Assembly: GCA_964187785.1 (NCBI GenBank) | Contig: OZ076409.1 | Location: 27,468,001 to 27,532,000 of the forward strand | Reading direction: 5' to 3' | DNA: 64,000 bases | Source: Amphiscolops sp. MND2022 | Lineage: Eukaryota | Shown: positions 27,526 to 36,704 of the stretch, piece after piece | Layout of the letters: every line of letters begins with the position of its first letter | How positions within the stretch are numbered: the first letter of the stretch is position 1 | Notes under the pieces: generated by a model | What the model saw: the letters and a program-made list of their open reading frames with translations, nothing else | What the model was told of the DNA's origin: nothing | Databases searched by the model: none | Position numbers and translations under genes: made by a program

Positions 27526-27730
27526 TGTGACTTGCTCAAGGTCACAAAGGTTTGACTGCTCACTGTTGCTCTTTTTGTTTTGCCAAATGCGTTATTTTTT
27601 GTCATTGACCATGCCACTAAGCTAGGGATGAAGGATTTGCTTAAGGACCAACAATGGCGAGTTGAGAGAGATTTAAGTCTAATACCGCCCAGTACAGGCC
27701 GAATGCTCTAACTACTACGCCATGCTTCCC
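27375..27730 (-). mobile_element. tRNA-derived SINE with CORE/Deu(Nin)-like central domain
   Basis: Minus strand begins GGGAAGCATGGCGTAGTAGTTAGAGC (A-box-like), contains TGTGACCTTGAGCAAGTCAC (27527-27546) and CAAATATGGTACC, and ends near (TC)n. Partial copies at 14650, 21680 and 55215. Confidence 0.7.
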
Positions 27731-27914
27731 TTTTTCATGAAAAACCCACTTCTGCGACTCACTACAACAAAAGGCATCAGGTGCCTAAAGACTTAAAAAA
27801 ATACGGTGTATCAAATTTTTTCTCTGAAAAATTTACATTCAGATCTTGATCAAATCTCATTGACTTGTTATCAAAGTTTGGCATTTTATGGAGCTTTCCA
27901 TTAGTCTTGCTATA

Positions 27915-28015
27915 AATACAGTGATATAAAAAACATCATGATATATAAATAGAATGATATGAAAAGCATCATGATATATAAAAAGTGATATAAAAAACAC
28001 CATGATATGCAATTC
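27915..28015. repeat. ~32-bp tandem repeat x3
   Basis: Variants of gtgatataaaaaacatcatgatatata. Confidence 0.7.
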
Positions 28016-29579
28016 AGTGTACTCATAGGTTAATCGAAACGTTTCTAAGAACTAAAATTTGCGGCCATTATTAAGGTGCGTGTTGGAAGACTATGGTATC
28101 AAAACCTTGGTACGACTGATTTGCAAAATACAATAAGCTACCAAAAGCTACACTGCGCTATGCTACTACTATGCTACCGAAAAGACAACTGATACCACAG
28201 GCATAAATCCGGTCAGCGAAACATTTTTTTGATTATGCATCACACGAAAAAAATCTTTGGAGCGGAAAGTTTCTCAGATTCTGATCAAGTTTGTCAAATT
28301 ATAATGATATTATAATGATATCGAAGCAAAATTACCAATGTTTGCGGTATCGTATGTTGTATTTGTAAGAATCCACTGTAAGGAATGATTACATTAATAC
28401 CATTATAGCTCACTCTCATGATAATAAGTATTTTTCCTTTGAATAATATTTTTCCTCTGAATAATCCTCAAACTGAACATCCAAAAGCTTCGAAAACATT
28501 CACTTCAAAAAATATACCTTGGAGTGGCGCTCTACTCAGATTTCTTTTTTGCAGTTTATTAAACTATTACCAGCGGCATTTGTACTGAATGAAATAACAT
28601 AAATTAAAACGCATGGCGCATGTTGCTTCCGTTTTTGACTTAGTTTTCACGGGAAAATAATTGATAGTGAAAACGTGAAAAAAACCAATAAAATTACAAA
28701 TTACATTCAAATTCTACATCTAAATAATGTATAATAAAATGCAGTATTGGGAAAACATGCAAATAATTTTCCTTGGAAACTAACAGTTCGTGACACAGAA
28801 CGTGAAAAACTTATATAAGTCCAAGAAGGAGCATAAAGTACGCAATAAATGCGATGATTTTCATAAAATGGATTTTTCAACACTACACAAACCATACTGC
28901 GAGGAAAGGACGGCGTTAAAGACATCTATTGAGTTTCCATAATTAAAGAAGTCAGTGTTTTGAAAAAATCAGGAGTGAAGTTTCAGAATAGACACCGGCC
29001 GGCTCCTTTAACGTTGACAATTTTTGACGCGGCCCTATTAAATTGAAAGGCTCGTTCATTCAAACTATGTTATAAATTTTAGCAAAGTTTTTCCATGTCA
29101 TTTTATTTTGGGACATGTTGCTTTCCAATTAAAGCGTGATAAAGTCAAAAAAACAAAGATCTCAAAAGCAGACTTGATATCGCTTCTGTAGTTTTGATGA
29201 AGTTCAAACGGATAATTAGCGGTAGTTATAGTTTTCAATCTGTGTTCAAGCTCCCTCAAAAGTCTTGCCGTCTAAACTGTATGAAAGTTTCCATACAGAT
29301 TTTTAGACTAAGCCAGCAGAGCATTGATGACAAAGGTAGCCGCATTTTCCATCTAGACTTATTTACCATGTATCAGTAAATGAATGTTATTTTATGGTTA
29401 TGCCAGTATTGGAAGAGTTTCAGTAGCCATGAAATTCAACAACTTAAAAAAAGCTCACATACTAAAACACTTTACAAAATTTACCTGCAAAAATGACATT
29501 GTCAGTATGAAAATCTTCGGGAGAAATTTTATGTCAAAATTATTATGGAATCAAAGTTATCTGAGTGGGTCAAAACTTT

Positions 29580-30118
29580 AACAAGCCGGGACCGCCCCAA
29601 GTCGGCGCCATATCTAAGGCTCAATAAGACTCGAAAACCAATTTTTCTACAATTGGAGACAAAGAAAGCTCTCAAAAAACTAAAAATTGAGGAAAAAATT
29701 CTTCCGATTTTTTTTTGAAATTTTTTATGAAGTCTCCGGTAAGTCGCATAGTGCCAAAAATGTAGAAGGGGGACCCTTTGGGATTTTTTGAACAGCCATT
29801 ATGTTGCGAAATATCAAAAAATTGATGGGGAACCCTTCGGAGCGATAAAAAAATTTCCGAAAAAATGAGAATTTTGAACAGTCTCACAGTGCCGAAAAAA
29901 AGGAGGAAAGTCTCATAGTGTCGAAAAAAATGACCCTTCTGCTTTGGAATGGCTTTTCATCTCATGTTTGAGGCTTTGGATGCGTTGAAAATGAAGTACT
30001 AAGTACATATGGTAAAAGTGCATAATGCACAAAAAGTGGACAGATCGCGTTGAACTGACGAAACAAAACTAGCCTCTGTAAGAGTCGGGATTTTCTTCGA
30101 AAACGCCGAACAAAAAAT
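29580..30118 (+). mobile_element. Non-autonomous HINE/DINE-1-like dispersed repeat
   Basis: 5' end aacaagccgggaccgccccaagtcggcgcc; 3' stem-loop gtcgg.ttttc-ttc-gaaaa.ccga followed by an A-run. Related ends at 4219-4253, 13340, 32408-32440, 49470 and 62822. Confidence 0.5.
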
Positions 30119-32011
30119 GATGGTTTGAGAAGAGCCCTCGACCAATAAAATGAGAGCATGAGAAATAAATGGATCAATGACATTTGTTGCTTTCTTTCCG
30201 TATGCTATAACGGTATCACTAGTTCAACTTGCCGGAAAGTTTTCAAAGTTGCATCCAAGCATGCATTCTAAATTTTTGATAGACATAGAAAAAACTGAAA
30301 GCACGCACGGAGAAATTTTGTAGGATTACAATGCAGCTTCCATTATCTCAATTAAAACTGAAAACAATTCCACTCTTCACCGCCACGATCGCTTTGTTTT
30401 CACGCGTAAGCTTCTCAAGTTAGAACCTTATGTTGTCACCGTTAACCAAATTTCACGCTGAACATGACGCTACATTGGAACTTATGATGTGACTGAAGTT
30501 TCTTTGCATTGAAAGGCCGATATAATTAATTATGGTCTCAGTTGCTTTGAAAATTAGGACGGCGTCTTAATGAAACCCGCAAAGCGTTGCGGTGCAGAAT
30601 TGCCGCCTAATTTAGGATGCATTTTATAGGCAACTTTATAAAATTAAATCGAATCAGTGAAGTTTTATAGCATGGACGTTTCCTTGAGAATTTTATCAAA
30701 TCATGGAAAATTAGCATGGTAACCTGCAAAAACTTGTAAAAAGTTCAAGCAGTTTCAACCAGGGATACCAAAACATACGTTGTTTCTTCTAGAATCACTT
30801 TTGTAGAACTGCTTCCTAAAGAAACTGCAAACCTTTGTGGGTCTGAATAGGCAGATTGATAAAATTCAATGGAAACAGTGGAGGTTCATTGGTCGGAAAT
30901 TTCCGCGGAGTTCTATAAAAGCATGAAACATTTGCTTGGCAACCAACAAAAGTTTGTTAAAATTTTATGCAGTGTCAACCAGGGAATATTTCCAAGATAA
31001 TTGGGCTGGAAACAGTTGTTTGTTAACGCTATTGCTTTAGTATTGAAACATTTGCCATCTTTTATATTGATCTTCAAAAACTCCTACGGAAATTTTAATG
31101 CGAAAGTATTTTCCTGTTGTGATCAACTTTCATCAAGCTGCTTGAAAGTTTCGTCAAAAAGTTTGCGGCAATTTCATGCTGTCATTATTTGTAATTTTCA
31201 TTGGGCATCAGTTCTTTGTTTTAAATGATGCCGAGAACTCTTCAAATTTACTGCCATTTTAATGCAAAGTAACTTCATTAATATAAACGGCAAAATAAAC
31301 TTAACGAAGTGAAATGTATTTTGAACGTAATTACAATAGTGGAAACTGCAGTGTAATCGCCGGAAGGTTACTGAATTTTCAAGGATTTATAGAGGCACCG
31401 ATGCATGCAGTAACAACAGTCTCGATTAGGGTTTCCATAAACCTTAGGGCAACCCAAAAAACTTTACAGTTTCGTTTTCCCTTTTTTGTTTGGCGCTATA
31501 TGAAATTGAGAGCTGGTCGCTATGGTGGCCCTTTGTCACTCGCTGTCTATCAAAATTCAGTTTTAGATTAACTTTGTTTGCTAGTAACATTTTGGTTGCT
31601 GAATATATTATCAGTTAAAAGGTTTCAATTTCAAAGCTCGTCTTCGTTTTTAATGCCAGCTTCCAACAGCCAAAAAGTGCTAAATAGGTTAGAAACTTCT
31701 TGTAATAATCAAGTTACAAACTGTAATTTGCTGACCTTTCATTTTTTGAAGCTCTACAGCATGTAAAGGTCAGAATTTGAAGTTTATCTAACTTATGATA
31801 CAAGAATTTTTGGTTAACCTTTTCTCCAAAAATTACCTAGTGGTTTCTAATTACAATATCACTTATTGGTACCGTATTTCTACTCTGTGAAATTCACCTG
31901 AAACGTACCTGTCGTTTTGGTCATTCAAAAGTTTCATTCGTAATTTTTTGCTTTTTGAGACATACTTTACTACTACTGAAACTATCAATTGTTTTCTAGT
32001 TTTGCAATTGA

Positions 32012-32440
32012 TTTTTTTGTCGGCGCTTTTCGTAGAAAACGCAGACTATAGCACTGCCTTTTTTAAAGACCAACGGAGTGACAGATTTTATAATCTTTGT
32101 AAGCTGTTTAGATTTTGATAGAATATAACGTTGTCAAAGTTCGCATATAACGTTTTCAAAGTTCACATATAACGTTTTCAAAGTTCGAATATAACATTTT
32201 CAAAGTTTGGATGTAGTTTTCAAAGAAAGGCATTTTTTCACCAAAGGATGCCCCTTCGATTTGTTTGATGATTTGCGGCCGAATGGATGAAAAATCTCAA
32301 AGCTTCCCCCTGGCGCGCCAATCCGGTCCTATGTTTGGGTTTTTAGGGTGCTGTAGAAGAGAAGACTCTGATACTTTGAAGTCTTTTTGATATTTTTGAG
32401 CCTTAAATATGAGGCCTACTTGGGCCGTTCCCGGCTTGTT
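32012..32440 (-). mobile_element. HINE/DINE-1-like repeat with an internal 22-bp tandem array
   Basis: Reverse-orientation copy with hairpin gtcggcgcttttc-gta-gaaaacgcagac; atataacgttttcaaagttc.. x4 at ~32123-32210. Confidence 0.55.
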
Positions 32441-33177
32441 TTAAATTTCTCGTGCTTAATGACATATCGCCTGTTTTTGTATATGTGAAGTGCTGTTTCT
32501 GGTGTCTCAATGAAGACAGGTCCTTGGAGACAGAAAGATTTCCCTGCCTTTTCAGTTGTGCTCTTGTTATCTGAAATGTTTCACAAAAAATCTTACTTTC
32601 AGCTTTCTTGGATTATAGCCAATCCGGGCCAAAATTGCCAATATCAATCATTTTGCCAGTTTCCAAGCTTTATATCTTCAATATGGTGTCAATAAAAGTT
32701 GTAAAACTTTCATGGCTATTTAGTGACACGTTTGATTCTTTTAAAAAGTCTGATTAGTTAACTGGAGTTTGCAATCAACACATTTTGGAAGTTCGTTTCA
32801 CATTCATGACTTTTGGAACTTTGGGAGCAAGACTGTGAATTTTGAGAGCATGTATCAATCCACTGCTATTTAGTCGAGCCACTGCGCCTTTAAAGATGCC
32901 ACAGCGCCTCTTCACACTCCGGAAAACTCCGGCTGTTTCTCAAGACACGGTCTCTTAGCTTTATGCTAGCAGTTGGGATTCAATTACGTAATACAGTTGG
33001 ATGCGTTTGAAGTTTTTCCACACTTGCGCGTACAAGTATCGAATAAGCAAGACTAATTCCTCAGTAGGCTTAAGTTCATGAAACTTTGAAGAACAATTGT
33101 TGCCGCTTTAGATTACCGCTGCTGGTTTCTCAAGAATTTAATTTTTAAATTCACTAAGAGAAAACTATGACAGAATA

Positions 33178-33668
33178 TTGGTACCCCTTGCTATCACATA
33201 TAACATTGGAAAGATGAATTGGATTTCGGATAAAGTAGTATTTGCTGTGAGGAGCATTCTTAGGACAGTCCCTCAAATAGGAACAAACAGTTTCATGAAA
33301 ACAGTTCAATTCATAGCCACACAGTTAATTAGGTACGGAAACGGCTACCGCGACGAAAAATTGATTTTAAGCAAGTGCTTTGGAGGATGTGCAACTGAAG
33401 AAGTGCTGACAACATCAACCGCCGTTGAAGCCACTTCTTTTACGGAACAAATACTTAAGGCCAAGGTCCCGAAGATGATTCACGGAGAGTTCGGAGACAT
33501 GAGTTGGGTACCAACTGCTTCCAATTTGGTGGAGAGGCTTTTCAGTCAACTTAATACTTTTTGAATCAATATCACAAAAAAATGCTGCCCATGCATCTCG
33601 AATGCCAATTATTTCTAGTGATAAACGAACAATCTTGGGATGTTGATTTGATCAACAATTTGATTTGA
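33178..33668 (+). pseudogene. hAT-like transposase C-terminal (dimerisation domain) remnant
   Basis: WVPTASNLVERLFSQL, then after a frameshift LNQYHKKMLPMHLECQLFLVINEQSWD, matching the hAT ERLFS...L.P..LE..LFL..N pattern. Confidence 0.75.
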
Positions 33669-33762
33669 TTTATTTTTCAAACAATCTTTTTCATAGACAG
33701 AATATTTGCAATTATTGCAATTATTGTTTTAACAAAATTCAGAATAACAATAAATTGTTTTA

Positions 33763-34535
33763 TGTAACGGCAAGCAGTTATCGGTCGCTTAACGCGTTAA
33801 CAGAGGTGGAGGAACCTGCAGAAATGGGTGAATCGCTCGGGACAGGCGCCCATCGCCACAGATCCATTTTGCCTCCAGGGGTGAAATACGTCCCGGGGCC
33901 GCGGGTGCTTCGACGAATACTGTCCAACCGGTCCTAGTCTTTGATTGCTAATAGTAACGGGCATCTTTCTGACTCTCTAAAGACCACCGCTTAACTAGCA
34001 TATAAAAACAATGCCAAGAATAAGGTAAATTTCCAGTTCCAGGGTGACATGTGAATAAGATCTAAAATTGGGGAATAAGATCTAAACTAGCGCTAGCGCT
34101 ACTGAATACAGCCAAAATCACTGAAAAGACATGAAAACAGGCACGAATATGGCAAACCACACAGCTAAAAAGCTGGGGCGCAGAGGCTCGATGCACCAAA
34201 CAAGGATCTTTAGGCGAAAAGACTCATTTTTACGGTTTCCGCTACATAGGGTAGCATAATGCTGAAAATCGATAAAACCGGTGTTAGCACCTCAAAAAGA
34301 GTCTAATTTCGGATGTTCTTGCCGTCTCTGGCTTCTGTCATGGCGGCGCGCCCGTATTTTTGCTCGTTCTTGCTCTTTGTTGTCGAAGTACCTGCCAATT
34401 TCGTGGAAACAGCGAAAAGAGCAATCACATGCTCAGTGCCACGTCACACATCGGATTAGAATTTTTGACAAAATTTCTGAACATGTCAAAGTTGCAAAAT
34501 CGGTTGATATTGCTGTACCAGAGCTTGCCGTTACA
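33763..34535 (-). repeat. 3' LTR of element C
   Basis: 6 substitutions seen versus the 5' LTR once the MITE is excluded. Confidence 0.97.
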
Positions 34536-34548
34536 TCACTCCCCGGGC
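34536..34548 (-). promoter_or_regulatory. PPT of element C
   Basis: Minus strand GCCCGGGGAGTGA abuts the 3' LTR. Confidence 0.7.
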
Positions 34549-35717
34549 TTTATGCATGACGTCCCTGTCATGCGGAGAGGCTGGCATTGAATACATCGCC
34601 ACATCATGAGTGCAATCCACTAGGGTCTCAAACTGGTGATGTTGCAACGGTCCAGTGGCACTGTCATCTTTTGCAGATTGGGCAACCATGAGGTCTTGCT
34701 TCTAGCCATCCAGAGAACCTGCATCGTCCAGAAACTGTTGAAACAGAGCTAGCTCGAGAGCTAGAAAACCAGTACTCAAAAATGCACCTTGAAATTGATC
34801 AAATCCAAGATTCCATACATCAATCAAAAAAGCACCACTTTTTTAGCACGAGTTTTCAGTTTTCTGCAAAAGTCTGAATAGGATACTGCTAGCACTTTGG
34901 TTTTTGGACGTCTAAAATTTCTTTTACGGAGCGCTCACGCTCCAAAGCGCACGTGGTTCTCAGCAAAACATCTTTTCCACGGCAATGAAATTTCTGTTTG
35001 CAGCACAGTTAAAAGTTATTTTCGCTAAAACTTCTTTTCAGCAGTAAAACCACTGTTTAAAAGGAAGACAAGCTGTTTCTTTGATACTTTTTTTTACAGT
35101 TCGGCTTGGTTTGGGCAACACGCACTGATGTGCAGCTCCATACCTGTATAGAGTTCAGTAGCATCTGTCAAGGAGCGCATCAGAAGCAAACTACGAACTG
35201 CTCGTAAGAGTAAGCACTGGAGTAAAGCAGATAAAGGTAGATCAAATCTTGCTATTTGCAGATCAGAAGCGCGCGCGCCTTATTTTTCCGGATATCACAT
35301 TGGAATCTGGAGGAAACTTCTGGAAATCTTGGAAAAACAAAAACAAAAATAGCATCTTTCGGGCGTAGCAATACATGTAGAGTTTTTGGGTTATTTATTG
35401 CACTGGGACTCCCCGGGCTTTAATCGTTGAGCACCTTCATTAATATTAAGATAGCAATGACTAAAAAAGAATGCGAAGAAAATGCGAAGAAAAGGCTGCG
35501 AAGAAAAGAATGCGAAGAAAAGGCCCTTCCCCCCTTGAAAAGAAGTGGAGTGTGGTTCTGGCAATGGATTTCAACGCATGCTGCCAGAAGGTAACAAGCA
35601 ACGCGTATCAAGCATGAGATATCAGGATAGCAAATAGAAAATTAACCAAAAAAATTTTACGTTGAAGCTAAGTGATGCCAGGAAATTGTTCAATACCGGC
35701 AATGGAGACATAGACGC

Positions 35718-36143
35718 GATCATGCAGAAATACAGTGAAATCAGTTCCTGCAAAAACGTCCATGACACTATGATAAAATTGTCCAGACTGCGAAAGGGGC
35801 GTTCAGGGTCCACTATGGGGAAGTGAATATCAGGGGTTTCGTTGGACAATAATGAAGCTTTCAAGTGCTCCAAGCATAAGAAAAAGTCATCGGTGATTTG
35901 TGGTGAACGCTGGGAGGGGCGTGTTATCATTAGGTGAATAACTTGATTATCCATTAAAGACAATGAGGATGGGATAGTTAGGACTTCACCAACTGTTGGG
36001 CGAAGTTGGAATACTTTGTCGCTGCCACACTCGCGAAGAATGTAGCGCAAGGCAGCAGAATTGGTATTAAGGTCTGCAGGGCAGCAAATTGCTACGTGGC
36101 CCTGCACCTGCAAGAAATCAGTTTGGTCGTAAACAATGTAGTC
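35718..36143 (-). other. Macrodomain-like repeat 2 (TARG1/OARD1/Poa1p-like)
   Basis: IVYDQTDFL, VAICCPAD, GEV, IHLMITR, LCLEHLK, PDIHFPIV and, after restoring one base, VMDVFAGTDFTVFLH. Confidence 0.75.
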
Positions 36144-36359
36144 GACCAAATTTGGTCGTAGGGCACCAGGAAACACGATCTGACGTCCGGGACCTTTTTC
36201 ATCAGCTGGGTCTATATGGTTCTGTCCACGAATAGCAGATAGATTCTGCCATACGGACCTCGACAGGGACTGATTATCCACTTTTGCTGTTGACCATGAA
36301 TCCAGGATACCAAGTGCAGTGTGGATCGTTACAGGCTCGGTGAAGGAATGGGTCCAATC

Positions 36360-36704
36360 ATCCAAAAGGCGGATACGAGGGAAGCTGGCGAACAAAGTGA
36401 TAATCAGCTCTAGCCACCATCGGAACCGTAGTTTTCCACGATAAAGATCAACGATGTGGAAGCACAAAATGAGTTCCTCAGTGACAACAGTCCGCAAACT
36501 CTCTAGACAGCTCCGCAAGCTGTCAGGCTGGACCAAAGAGTGAGCATGTGGGGCAGTTACCAGCAACCACCAATATTGGGCTGGGCGATACACTTCACCG
36601 GGCTGACAGGTGATGCCGTATTTGTCAGATAGGAGGTCAGCGGTGATACAGCGGACCATTTGGATGGGTTCCCTCTCATAATTGAAAGGTCCGAATACAA
36701 TATT
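36360..36704 (-). other. Macrodomain-like repeat 1 (degenerate TARG1/Poa1p-like)
   Basis: VRCITAD, PGEV, WLLVT, LRSCLESLR and LIITLF line up in order with TARG1-family motifs. Confidence 0.6.

Noticed and set aside
27655..27730. tRNA gene
   Set aside because: An A-box-like start is present but the B-box and cloverleaf are degenerate, and it is attached to a dispersed repeat body, so it is a SINE head.
19763..32210. Short repeat arrays (47, 37, 32 and 22 bp) as CRISPR arrays
   Set aside because: They are head-to-tail with no unique spacers, there are no cas genes, and the context is eukaryotic.
35622..35780. Hydrophobic C-terminal tail of the 942-aa ORF as an env or transmembrane anchor
   Set aside because: It appears to be out-of-frame sequence after a 1-nt deletion; the ORF continues integrase and has no signal peptide.
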